Program-made: the position numbers and the translations under genes | Origin: a virus | Lineage: Duplodnaviria; Caudoviricetes | Reading direction: 5' to 3' (one strand) | Length of the DNA: 64,000 bases | IMG/VR virus record: IMGVR_UViG_3300028591_000121 | Location: 55,417 to 119,416 of that record | Shown: positions 30,620-42,041 of the stretch, piece by piece | How positions within the stretch are numbered: the stretch's first letter is position 1 | Layout: each line of letters starts with the position of its first letter | The notes under the pieces: model-generated | Seen by the model: only the letters and a program-made list of their open reading frames with translations | What the model was told of the DNA's origin: nothing | Databases searched by the model: none

Positions 30620-33417
30620 CGGATATAGAGAAGCAGATTCTTGACAATCAGGAAACTATAACTCTGGCTTTAAGTCAATTAATGTTGCACGGTATGGACG
30701 GCAGAGACCTCAATGACATAACTATACGCAACAGGCTTATAGACAATTACCACAAAACAAGAATGTTGTTGGGCAAGGACTATATCAAGAGGTGGTAATG
30801 TGAGTCTTGAATTGTTCGCTGCGATCGGATGGTATCTCTTTATCATCTCACCTATATTGTGGCGTTTCGTCTTTAATTATCTCGATGACAAGTATGAGGA
30901 ATAAGAATGGATATTGCTGCTTACGATTCAACGGTTTGTAAGGAATGCAAAGAACTCTGCGATTACTACCTCGATGAATTTTGGAACTGTCAGGGTGAGT
31001 CTGAGCCTTGCCCTGACTTCTTTAACCGCAAGGAGTTCTTCAACCGTAGTAAGACAACGACTGTGAGAAGTTGCTTGGGTTGTCCGATGCATGATGAGCT
31101 TGAAGGATGTTATGCGGATGACCCTGGGGAACACTGTGACGAAGTTGCTCAGGAGATGGAAGATTACTGTACGGGATACGAAGAGTCTTACGATCCTGAA
31201 GATGGGAGTATGTAATATGTATAAGAAAGATATGATCGAACAATTGAAGGGAGTATATGGAAATGTACCCGTCATTTGTATGGATCCCAATAAAAAAGTT
31301 TATCAAATAACTTCTTTGACCATTGTTCAAGCGAAAGGCGTACCGATTGCTGTACTTGCTGACATAGCATTAACGGAGGATGAGAAGAATGGGATGTGTT
31401 AAAACAATTAGTGCCTTTAGTTTTCCAATGCAAAGCGAGTATGTAAACAGAAGATGCGAAGTATGTTTCCATTACGATACCACAGTTAAGTTCTTCGGAA
31501 CGATTATTCGGGATGACCGGGCAGATCCTTTTGAGACTTTGATTAAGCTTGACGATGGGAGAGTAATCAGGGCAACAGAATGTCAGTATTCAATTAAAGG
31601 CCCTGATGTAGTAGTAGCAGAATGAATAATCTGGATGAGATGCCTAGGATTTGCCATGACTGCCCCGCTTGGGAGATATGCGATCCGCCTTATATATGTA
31701 TAGCCACGGAGCAGAAACTTGAAGAGATGAGGAAGGAATCCGCCAATGAAAAAGGTTAAGAATTGGGAAGACATGCCGATGACTGAAAGGCAGAAAATTA
31801 TAATCGAAAATTTGTATGAATATGCGGAACATCGTATCCCAAAATTTGTAGGTACGACACAGGGAGAAGCCAGTGAGTACATCAATACGTACCTTGGTCA
31901 CTCACCGCAGGAGATTATCAGATATCCGAAGGAGAATTGATATGGATTTTAGTTTGTTTACTGAAAGAGACAGAGCAGTTGCGGTTCTTGGGATTATGTC
32001 TGCGATGAGTGATGAAGGCAGTGCTGGGCATGAAGCAATCCAATATGCGCTGAATGCGATTAAACGGCTGACTCCTACTGCTCCGACTGGTGATCCGCCA
32101 CATTTCTATTCTTGTCCTCATTGCTCAAGACCTATTCTTAAATCTGCTGCAGACGGAGAGCCTAGGCACTGTGAGAATTGTGGACAGGCGATCCTTTGGG
32201 AGTGAGAAGTATGACGAGCAGAATGACGGCAGAAGAAAAGAAAAAGTTTGTTCAGGATATTACTGAGTTACTTAAATGCGACGTGTTACAAAAAGAAGAT
32301 TACTACAAGATTATGAGGATTATCATAAGTGCTTGTAACAGAACGCTCAAGTCTATTGATGATCCGTATGAAGGATATCCTTGCAGAGAGTGTGATCTGA
32401 GTACACGTTCAAGCTGTACTGGCTGTCCAAAAGAAAAGGCATGGAGAGTCAAGCACCCGGATAACGAAGCACTGACTCAGGATGATTATGCGGAGAAAGA
32501 ATTCCACTCCCTGAACGCTGAGTTCAAGAAAGCACTTGATGCCTACGGTGACGATGCGTTCGATAAGACAAGTGCAGTGGAAGCTTTAAAAGATTCCGTA
32601 TTCGAGATTTTAATGAGAAGAGGATAAGAGAATGTGGGATATGTATTATAACGGAGACGAGATTAAGAAAAAGATTTATGACTTTCAGATGGATTGCAAA
32701 CACTGTAAGCGGGTCAAGGTAGACAAGGACGGAGACAGGGTGACTGTCTGTGCCAGAGATAACCGTGAACACAATGTTGACCAGGGTCGTTGCTTTGGCT
32801 ATTGCAGAGATCAGGTATACAGCCCTAAGACTGTGGCTGATGCACTGAAGCAACTCAGCTACGATGCTTACAATTGGCATATTAATGAGCGGGTTGTCGG
32901 TATGGATGTGAAGGAGTTTGAACTGCTGATGGATACCGCAGCAGATATGATTATGAAGAGGTGTCCGCAGGATGACAACTGAGAAGCTGCTCAATTGTGG
33001 GTATCCCTTACTTACGGGAATGAATCCGATCTGCGATGAGAAGTGCGAGACTTGTGCCTACTCTTTGGATGAGATATGCAGAAGGTATGAAGAGATGGGT
33101 GGAGATGAAGAAGAGTGATTGTGTTTGAATTGACGATGCCCAACGTTGGTTCTTGGAACGGACGGTGGTCAGGCGAGAAGGATTTGCACGTAAGAATCCG
33201 TCAGAACAAAGCTGTCCCCAAGGAATACTGGAACAAAGACTTCTTCTATTCGTGGCCTGATGGATGGACAGCCTGCGTAGAAACCCGCAAAGTCTCAGCC
33301 AGTGAAGCGAGGAAACTGGAGAACAGATCAATTGGATTCTGCGGGTATGACTGGATGATTGAGTCGATTATTAAGAACGGGAAGATTATCTCCCCTAACG
33401 AAAAGAAGGTGTAAGGT

Positions 33418-33663
33418 ATGCCAGGTTTTCTTGTGTTTTAGTGGTTGTTTTTGTCCTTCCTGATTGGGATGGCTACGATGTGTGTTTTTAATATGGATGA
33501 AGAGATCAGACCTGATCAGCAAAACGGGTATATCAACAGACCGATTAAGTATTTCAAATGCGGTGCTTTTAATGGACATATTTGGGAAGTCCGCATAGAT
33601 GAAGAGACTGGGATGAAACATTACTACTGTAAGAGATGTGGAAAGGTACGGTGGAAATCATGA
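33418..33663 (+). CDS. Membrane-anchored Zn-finger protein; TAG at 33439
   Basis: MPGFLVF*WLFLSFLIGM transmembrane segment; paralog of the 21185 gene (FKCGA..GH...C.RCGK). Confidence 0.65.
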
Positions 33664-33860
33664 GCAATAACAAAGGTGGAAGTAGTGCAGGAATGGGATA
33701 GGCTGATGTCCTGCTGATTATCTTTATTGTGTTAAAGCTTTGCGGAGTAATCAGTTGGTCTTGGGTATGGGTACTCAGTCCGCTGTGGATTACCGTAGGT
33801 ATTGCGTTACTCGCTCTTGGTTGTGCATGTGTATGGGAGAAGTATTATGACAGTAAATGA
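33660..33860 (+). CDS. Small membrane protein (FIVLKL.G.I.WSW.WVLSPLWI type); TAG at 33699
   Basis: GMG*ADVLLIIFIVLKLCGVISWSWVWVLSPLWI; ATGA overlap. Confidence 0.82.
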
Positions 33861-34065
33861 TGTGACCTTTGAAATCGACAAGGCTCGAATGTATGCAAAG
33901 TTTATCGATAGCTATATGGAAGATGTGAAGGATGAGCATATGTACGACGCATTCAAAGAGACGAGTGCTATCCTCACGAAGTATGCGATGCTGCTTTCCA
34001 GTCTTCCTGTTAACTGTGACTTTAAATTCTAACTTTTTATCTTTATCTTAAAGCTGGTGAATAGT

Positions 34066-34569
34066 ATGAGACATAAGCGTAAGTATATTAATCAGGGTGT
34101 CCGCAATTAGGTATTCAAGCGGTATGAGGGACACTGTGCCTACTGTGGATGTGTACTGAATAAGGATGAGATGGTCGTTGATCACTTCTTCCCTGTGAGT
34201 AGATGGAAGCGTTCCCACAAGGAAGGAGATGTAGACGATGTGCTGAACCTGATGCCTTCCTGTAAGTCCTGTAATTATTGGAAGGGAGCTAAGTCTCCGG
34301 GCGGGTTCAAGGATTTCCTGAACAAGCAGTTTGATATCGTATATAAAGAGTCTGCGGGATTCCGTAATCTCCTGAGATATGGTCAGGTCTATCAGACTAA
34401 CTCCCGCAGAGGAATTAAGTTCTATTATCAGAATAACTGTGAGTCTCTGGAATGGTGTGAGGAGACTGGATTCTCTCCTGAGATTCAGCCCTGGTATAAA
34501 GACTGTGAGCCAGTTACGACTGATGCGAGATATGAAAAGAAAGAAGATGAGGACGTTGGGGAATCCTAA
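34066..34569 (+). CDS. HNH endonuclease; TAG at 34108
   Basis: VRN*VFKRYEGHCAYCG...VDHFFP...NLMPSCKSCNYWK. Confidence 0.85.
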
Positions 34570-35099
34570 ACCTATCCCGATCACTGCTTGTCCGTTTTGC
34601 GGAAAAGAGTTTTCATCGGAAGACAGGATGGTGATTGCTGAAAAGCTCGTCGAAAAGGATGCAAATGGTAAGTATCTTTACCCTACTTACCTTATTGTTT
34701 GTACGCATTGTCACGGAGACATGAGACTATCCCGCTACAGCCACTATTACGATGATGAGAGTGTGCCACCGACATGACGAACTACGAATATATAATGGCG
34801 GGGCTTGACGATAGAAGACTGGCTGAACTGTTTAACGAAGGATGGAAAGGGTCGGAGTTTAAATCCAAAGTCTGGGATGCCTTCAATAAATGGACAGACA
34901 GTCTCCCCTATCATCAGGGGAATATCTATAATCCTCAGAGCGGACTCAATGGGCTTGATCCGAATCCTTTCGTCTTTAATAAGGTGTTTATTAAAAACTC
35001 TGATAATACACAGAGTTTTGGACGCAGTTTCTGCGTTGCTTTTCAGGACTGGTTGTTGTCCCAGTATGATCCTACTCAATGGGAATGAGGTAAAAAAAT

Positions 35100-35309
35100 A
35101 TGATGTGGCTAGTGAAAATTACACGAAAGAATTCCGATCAAGTCCAGTTCGGGAATCTTCCCAACTGCCCCTACTCTGAAGCTAAGAAGTTTATCGAGCA
35201 AGCCAGGCAGAGCGATAGCGATATCGCTTCCGCAGATTAGTAGACTCCTGCTGTAGATGGGTCTGGTCAGTGGATTGAGATAGTTGAAATAGAAGGAGTA
35301 GTTATATGA
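35100..35309 (+). CDS. Hypothetical protein with tandem TAG-TAG (35238, 35241)
   Basis: RBS GAGG; read-through ends in a TGA forming an ATGA overlap with the 35306 gene. Confidence 0.6.
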
Positions 35310-36463
35310 ATTGGGTAGCTTGTATTGTTTTGACTTTGGTGTTTCTTCTTTTGATTATAATCAGTTGGTGGTCAGGACATAACGAAGGGGTAAGAGAAGG
35401 AAGCCGTGAGCGTGATTGCGAATCAGCGACATGGGTTCGTATTCCGGGGCTGTCCTACAGAGAAGATGACGATACCGTACATACGATATGTGAGTGTCCG
35501 AGATGTGGATTCAAACATGAGTTCATAGACGGGCTTGCTTACCAGTATAGGTATTGTCCGCAGTGCAGACTTAAATTGAACGGAGAAATAAAATGAGATA
35601 CAGTACATTTCTGAAGAACCAAGAGACCGCTACTCATTATGCGAATCAGGCAAACTGCCGTAGATGTGCCTACGGAGAATGGGTCAGGACATCCGCTTTC
35701 TGTTCAGGCTTCGGGAGATCCAAGAAGATCCCGTACAAGAGTTGGGATACAGACAAAGTCGGTTACTGTAGTAAGTTTATTCCAAAGTCATCGAAAGAGG
35801 TGAAACAGGATGAAGCTACAGGTTGAATTTCAAGACTTGCGTAGAATGCTCAAAGAAAAATGCGAGGAAATTATCAGAGATAAAAAACTCGCATATGAGT
35901 TTTATTGTAGGATCTGCGAAATCGAAGAAGATGAAAGATTTGTTGTTGTTAAGGGACAGCCCAAGCAGGAGGCAAAACCGATGACGGAATACGACGATGG
36001 ATGGAATTGCCCTAGATGTGGATTAAAACTAATAGGAAAAACAGCAAGTGGATATCCGTGTGATGTGTTGGATTTACCAAATGATGAAATTGTGAAGTAT
36101 TGCCCAGTATGCGGACAGGCGGTGAAGTGGGATGAGACTGATTGACGCAGATGAACTTGAACAGAATATGTACGAGATGAGCGTGTACGCCGGGAACAAC
36201 TACTATAAGGAAGCGGTTGCTTCTGCTGTAGCCGAGATTATTAACAACGCTCCGACTTATACGATTGAGCCGAGAGATAAAGATAAGCTCCGCAGAGAAG
36301 TCGACCACGCCAAGATTCTGAATCAGGAGTACAAGGAACAAGTCAAGGCTGTTATCCGTGACTATATTACCTTCCTCGATCCTACGACCGAAGAAAAAGA
36401 ATATGAGACAGCGGAATGGATTCTGACTTTAATTGACGGTATCCCGGATTAACCATTGTATAT

Positions 36464-36505
36464 AACCTCTATGCGGCTATAATAAACCGTGTAGAGGTTC
36501 TTTTT
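36464..36505 (+). terminator. Intrinsic terminator closing the small-gene array
   Basis: AACCTCTATGCGG/CCGTGTAGAGGTT hairpin followed by CTTTTT. Confidence 0.75.
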
Positions 36506-36585
36506 GAAAGGGCTGATAACGTTTTATGAAACTTGAAAATTCTATATGGGTTCACGACTGCTGCTAGGATGAAGGGAGCAGTCCA

Positions 36586-37674
36586 ATGAAAAAGCGTCAG
36601 CGTTTCCACGTAACACTTATCAACGGAGAACAAGTCTGGATCACAGGCTACACAATCGACGAAGTATTTGATACCGCATTCAGGAAGTACGGGTATCTGT
36701 ATCAGGATGTAATGGAGAAGCCCGCATCAAACGCCCCTACAATCGGCGAGTACATTAATAAGTGGCTCAATGAGTACCGCAGTAAGAAGATTGCGGGTAA
36801 GCGTTATATCAGTCTGAGTTCTATTATCAAGTCTCATATCGAACCCGCAATTGGAGATATGCACTTGGATGAGATGGACTCAGATAAGGCAATGTGGTTT
36901 ATTAATTCGTTAGAGGAATTGGAGAGTATTCAGTTCCTTGTCCTGTGGATTATGAAGAACTTGTATGAGTACGCAATTGAGGATGGATATCTTAACAAGA
37001 ATCCATTCAAGAGTTCCAAGATCTCCGTCACAAACCCGAATGCCAAGAGACGCTCGATGACTACAGAAGAAGTAGAAGATATGCTTAACAGAATTCCAGA
37101 TCTTCCGCTGATGAAACAGTTGATAGTAGTTATCCCGCTATATACAGGCATGCGACTAGGAGAAGTCTTTGCTCTGGACTGGGAAGATATCGACTTTGAC
37201 AAGAAGCTGATCCATGTAACGAAGACTCTGAGTCTTGACAAGGATAACACCCCGATTATTAAAGCTCCGAAGACAGATGCGGGTATCAGGTATGTTCCTC
37301 TCCTGCCAGAACTTGAGGAGTATCTTCTGAAAGCTAGGCAACCGAGCGGAAGAGTGATCGTTTCCAAGAAGGGAAAACCTTACAATTCTGGAGGAGCTAC
37401 GGTCGAAGGGAACAGGACATTAAAGAAGCTCAACGTTCCGAAGGACATTACTTACCACTGCCTTCGTCATACCTTTGCTACGATGATGGCAACACGTATT
37501 AATGCCAAGACTCTCCAGACAATTCTTGGTCATTCAGACTTCATGATCACGATGAATACCTACGTGGATACCACAAAAGAGCAGACGGAAGACGTTGCAA
37601 AATTATGCGATAAACTCTATCAGAAAGTTGACACAAAATTGACAGAGAAAAGTTCTGAAAGCGTTGCGGTGTAA
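36586..37674 (+). CDS. int: Tyrosine integrase
   Basis: YTGMRLGE, PKTDAGIR, HCLRHTFAT, LGHSD, TMNTY. Confidence 0.93.
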   Translation: MKKRQRFHVTLINGEQVWITGYTIDEVFDTAFRKYGYLYQDVMEKPASNAPTIGEYINKWLNEYRSKKIAGKRYISLSSIIKSHIEPAIGDMHLDEMDSDKAMWFINSLEELESIQFLVLWIMKNLYEYAIEDGYLNKNPFKSSKISVTNPNAKRRSMTTEEVEDMLNRIPDLPLMKQLIVVIPLYTGMRLGEVFALDWEDIDFDKKLIHVTKTLSLDKDNTPIIKAPKTDAGIRYVPLLPELEEYLLKARQPSGRVIVSKKGKPYNSGGATVEGNRTLKKLNVPKDITYHCLRHTFATMMATRINAKTLQTILGHSDFMITMNTYVDTTKEQTEDVAKLCDKLYQKVDTKLTEKSSESVAV

Positions 37675-37945
37675 GGAGTCCAGGCATAATTAATTAATAT
37701 GCAATTGACATTTCGATGTCAACAACGAGATAAAAACGAGCCAGATCCCTTGTAAATAAACAAAGGTCTAAAACAGTGAATCTTCAATACACGAAAAGAA
37801 CTTGAATAATTATGCATAATATGTGAATAAAACATAAGCAATAACCAGCATAAGTGAATCCATATAGGATAATTTCCACCAGCTCAAGAATCTTTAATTT
37901 ATTTTTCAAGTGTCTACGCTTGGTCTGCTGAAAGTTATTCTAGTG

Positions 37946-37954
37946 TGATATAAT
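37946..37954 (+). promoter_or_regulatory. Extended -10 promoter element for the R-M operon
   Basis: TGaTATAAT about 30 nt upstream of ATG 37986. Confidence 0.55.
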
Positions 37955-37985
37955 AGTTGCGAAACCGCAAGGAAGGAAACTAAGG

Positions 37986-39275
37986 ATGAGTGAGATAAGA
38001 TTTATTGACTTGTTCGCTGGCATCGGGGGAATCCGTAAAGGCCTGGAACTGGCCTGTGAAGAGAGAGGGATCAAGACTCAGTGTGTATTCACGAGCGAGA
38101 TCAAGCCCCATGCGATAGAGATTCTGAAACAGAACCACCCCGACGAAGAAATCCACGGAGATATTACTAAGATTTCTACGGATGAGATTCCGCAGTTTGA
38201 TATTCTGCTTGGCGGGTTTCCGTGTCAGGCTTTCTCCGCTGCGGGTAAGAGACTTGGGTTCTACGATACCAGAGGTACTCTGTTCTTTGAAGTCGAACGT
38301 ATTCTTGCTGAGAAGAAACCGTTCGGGTTTATCCTTGAGAACGTAGAGGGTCTCGTCAACCACGACAAAGAGAATCCAAAAGACAAGATCGGACGTACAC
38401 TGACAATTATTCTGGATCGACTCGTGAGTCTGGGATACAAGGTGAACTGGAAAGTTCTCAACGCCAAGGACTTTGGAGTTCCGCAGGACAGAAAGCGTAT
38501 CTATATTATCGGAACTCTTAAAGAGACTCCAGATATGAGTCGGTTTCCGCATAAAGAAAAGTATGTACGGGATATTCTTGAACAGGGATTAGAGACGGAG
38601 ACTAGTCCGTTTATTAATAAACTCCTCGCCCACTATAAACTCGAAGAACTTCCCGGAATGTCGATTAAAGACAAGCGTGGCGGAGATAATAATATCCACA
38701 GTTGGGATATCGGACTGAAGGGCGAAATCACGGAACGCCAGAGAACTCTCCTGAACATGATGATGACGGAGAGACGGAAGAAGAAGTGGGCAGAGATTTA
38801 CGGGATCGACTGGATGGACGGTATGCCACTGACTCTGGGCATGATCAGGACTTTCTTTGATGCGGATGACTTGGAAGAGATGTTGGAAGATCTGGCTTCC
38901 AAGAAGTATGTCAGGAAGGAACACCCTAAAAAGAAAGTGGGACTCTTGCGAGTCCCAGATGAAGAGTTGCCTGTTGGCTATAATATTGTTGCGGGTAAGA
39001 TGAGCTTTCAGGTGAGCAAAGTACTTGATCCTGATTCTATCTCTCCTACTCTGGTCGCTATGGATATGGAGCATCTGTATGTGAGAGACGGAGACGGGAT
39101 TAGAAAGCTGAGTCTCAGAGAAGGACTCCGCCTGTTCGGATACCCAGAGGATTACAAGTTTGATATCGATAGAAACCTTGGATATGATCTGCTTGGGAAC
39201 ACAGTCGTTGTTCCTGTAATCAAAGCTGTTGCGGGTAAAGTACTTGACATTTATCAAGGAGATAAATAGAAATGA
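37986..39275 (+). CDS. Type II C5-cytosine methyltransferase (M.NlaIV/M.NgoBV-like); ends at TAG 39267-39269 or TGA 39273-39275
   Basis: DLFAGIGG, GFPCQ, ENV, PQDRKR, SIKDKRGG..NIHSWDI, LGNTV. Confidence 0.9.
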
Positions 39276-40009
39276 TCAGGATGTCTGCACAGGAAGTATA
39301 TGAAGCCCTGTTGAGTGAGGAACGGATTACAGAGATCGAAGGTCAGATAAGATTCTATCTGGGGACAGTAGATATAGTTGTCCGGCAGAGAGATGTAGTT
39401 GGCAATATAATTCAGGAGTGGCTACAGGGTTGGTTTGACACGCATGAGGTTTTATACTGTACGAATGACAACTCTCAGATGCCCCCGGATTTCTTTCTGA
39501 ATCCGCAGAACAGAAAGACTGATATGTTGGAAGTCAAGGCGTTTAATATAGAAGCCTCTCCGGGATTTGATATTGCGGACTTCAATATGTATCAGCAGGA
39601 GATCGTAGAGAAACCGTGGATGTTATATGTGGATTACCTGATCTTCGGGTATGAGATGATGGCAGACGGAACTGTTTTGATCAGAGACTTATGGCTGAAG
39701 AAAGTCTGGGAGATTACCAGACGAATGAAGGAGTGGCCTATTAATCTCCAGATCAAAGACAGAGTCGTACATAAGATTCGCCCAGGGGTTTTCTATAAGC
39801 GGATCGGATATCCTCCCTTCCAATGCCTTGAAGACTTTATCAGCGCAATCGAGGAAACCGTATATAAGAATCCAAAGACTCACGATATAGCAGGACAGTG
39901 GCTCAACCAATTCCTTGGAAATTATGAGTACCATTACGGGGTTCGTCTGAATGTCCCAAGATGGAGAGACATAGCGGATACCTACCAAGCCTTACCAAGG
40001 GGTATATAA
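39272..40009 (+). CDS. NgoBV/NlaIV-family type II restriction endonuclease
   Basis: DVVGNIIQEWL, QMPPDFFL, LEVKAFN, SPGFDIADF, YLIFGY, WLKKVWEI; adjacent to the cognate MTase. Confidence 0.8.
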   Translation: MIRMSAQEVYEALLSEERITEIEGQIRFYLGTVDIVVRQRDVVGNIIQEWLQGWFDTHEVLYCTNDNSQMPPDFFLNPQNRKTDMLEVKAFNIEASPGFDIADFNMYQQEIVEKPWMLYVDYLIFGYEMMADGTVLIRDLWLKKVWEITRRMKEWPINLQIKDRVVHKIRPGVFYKRIGYPPFQCLEDFISAIEETVYKNPKTHDIAGQWLNQFLGNYEYHYGVRLNVPRWRDIADTYQALPRGI

Positions 40010-40011
40010 AC

Positions 40012-40056
40012 AAAAAAATGGGGAGTAGACCAATTAAGATCTACTCCCCTAATTTT
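40012..40056. terminator. Bidirectional terminator between the convergent arms
   Basis: GGGGAGTAGA/TCTACTCCCC hairpin flanked by A and T tracts. Confidence 0.85.
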
Positions 40057-40363
40057 ATTCTGCGGGTTTAATACCGGCTGCGATCTGATCGATATCGAGT
40101 TGTTTCCATGCGGCTTGTAATGCGTTCATGACTTCCGCCGTGTTCACATTAAAACCTTTATTCTTCATAATCTCCAAAGCCTCCTTGAGCTTATCGCTTC
40201 CATGCCCACGCCCGTAAATAGCTTCGGCTGCCTACACTGCGTACTTAGCGACAGCCATAAGGTTGTTTTCCTTCAGCCACGGGACAACATAACGCCGTAA
40301 AAGTTCCTCAAATAAAACTGCCTACAATGTAATTAGTGCAACTAACACAGGTGTCCAATTCAT
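40055..40363 (-). CDS. Holin (LL-H-like); two TAGs (40322, 40232)
   Basis: MNWTPVLVALITL*AVLF...VVPWLK...AKYAV*AAEAIYGRGHGSDKL. Missing from the standard-code ORF track. Confidence 0.85.
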
Positions 40364-40470
40364 ATTACTCACTCCCGTATACTTTATTTAAAAATTCCTA
40401 GTCATCCGCAGAAGCAACGTCCTCTGTATGAGAGAGGATCTCTGACGAGATACCTCTCCGATTCTTTAAT

Positions 40471-40764
40471 TTAGCCTACGCTCTCATCTATAATCTGATT
40501 ATCTACAATTGACTTCGCTTCCTGATATGCATTCTTAATCTTAGATGTATTCTCTACTCCTGCCTTGACACTGTAGTTTGTAATGGCTACTCCAGTCTAG
40601 GTTGTAACCGCTTGCATAATCGAAACGATTGCATCCGTCTGGTACTGGAATAAACCCGCAAAAGAAATCAAGACAAGAGAGAGCTATAAAAGTATAAACA
40701 GACCAAGAGTAACTCCCCCGACCTATTTCTTAGAGTATTCAACTTTCCTTATTGCCACTTCCAC
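40471..40764 (-). CDS. Two-TM lysis-cassette membrane protein; three TAGs (40723, 40684, 40597)
   Basis: EYSKK*VGGVTLGLFILL*LSLVLISF...Y..KAGVEN..KI; GTG start is approximate. Confidence 0.75.
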
Positions 40765-41200
40765 TCACGCCCCCTTTAGGCGGTTGATCTGGCAGATTCA
40801 AGATATCTTCCTCGTTGTGTGTTGCGAGATGGTTGCACCCACGACTTCGATAGGTTTCGTACATGCGGATAACCCTCTGCTTTTCTACTGGCGCACACCA
40901 ACCTCGTGCCATATATGTCTGATGAAGAGTTTCAAGCCTGTCACAAAGAAGATCTGCGTTGTTCTCATCCACTCGTGACAGAGTCTTCTTCAGTTCTTTA
41001 ATCTCTTTCCGTTGCTCTTCATCTTGTTTTCTGGACTCTTCGATAACCTTGTCAAGCTTTTCATCCATTTCCTTGATCGGCTTCGACACCCACAGTTTAA
41101 TCGCTGCGACTGCTCCGCCTACCGCAGTAATGAATAATAAAAAACTTCTTACGATCTCAGCCCATTGGATTGCCCCCTCAATAGTTCCAGTCATTTCCAT
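40739..41200 (-). CDS. Holin-like single-TM protein of the lysis cassette
   Basis: N-terminal TM, coiled coil, then Y..RGW...YETYRSRGCNH pattern. Confidence 0.7.
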   Translation of the reverse strand: MEMTGTIEGAIQWAEIVRSFLLFITAVGGAVAAIKLWVSKPIKEMDEKLDKVIEESRKQDEEQRKEIKELKKTLSRVDENNADLLCDRLETLHQTYMARGWCAPVEKQRVIRMYETYRSRGCNHLATHNEEDILNLPDQPPKGGVSGSGNKES

Positions 41201-41222
41201 CGGTATCCTCTCCTCTCAGATG

Positions 41223-42029
41223 TTAAACACCCGCCTACTCTAAAGCATCCTTGAGGGCTTTCGCAGTCTTAACCTCAAGGAATATCGTATACATTCCATT
41301 CTCCGAGCCTTCCACATCTGTGAGGAACTTGCTCATCATCCAACCACTTTTACCGTTGTATATAATCTTTGACCAGTCATTAGACACTCCAGTAACTGTG
41401 ACAGTTTCTCCAACGGGAACTCTCATAACCAGATTCCCATTAATAGAATCTCTCATATTTACAGAACTGCCGTTCTCAGCAAAGACTTTCATTTCCTGCT
41501 CCATAACGGTCACCTCTATCTTTTTATTTTGCTCAGGGGTATTGCCGTAATCTATATACTTGCAAAGCCCGACATGAGTCCAGGCATTCTTGAGCGTGGA
41601 CGAAGCTACACACCTTCTTGATGCGGAAGCGTGAACTACGCCGTTCCCGATCCCTGTATAAACACCGACGTGAGAAGCATTGCCCAGTCCATCCTTGTAA
41701 CCCCTGGCTACTTCCCCGCCATCAAACTCTACGATAAACAGCCAAGCTCCTTTAGGGATCTTCCCGAATTCTTTCTTACACTCCGCAATCGTCCCTACCC
41801 AATCGCATGCGTTTCGGAACATATCGTTGCTGCCTTTCCAGTTCTTCTTGACTCCAAACTGGCGAAGCTAGTATTCCATCAAGCCCTGACAGTCCATTCC
41901 GTTCTAATCAGAACTGGCATTTACATAAGGGATGTCCGTATAGATCACGTTATTCTCTTCATCAATCTTTCTTTCCATCAGAAGTTTATCTGCTGCTTCC
42001 GCATAATCAATATTACTGATCTTTCCCAT
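41223..42029 (-). CDS. Endolysin (NlpC/P60-like peptidase + SH3-like domain); three TAGs (41904, 41868, 41235)
   Basis: IPYV...GMDCQG (catalytic Cys, upstream of the standard-code ORF), SHVGVY, VVHAS, and SH3b-like VNMR...WSKIIYNGKSGWMMSKFL. Confidence 0.88.
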
Positions 42030-42041
42030 ATCCTCACCCGC

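Larger units (their letters stand above)
17683..36452 (+). other. Dense array of several dozen small co-oriented accessory genes (many Zn-ribbon or membrane proteins)
   Basis: Back-to-back short ORFs (mostly 40-190 aa) with RBSs and ATGA-type overlaps, CxxC motifs and several internal paralog pairs. Confidence 0.85.
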
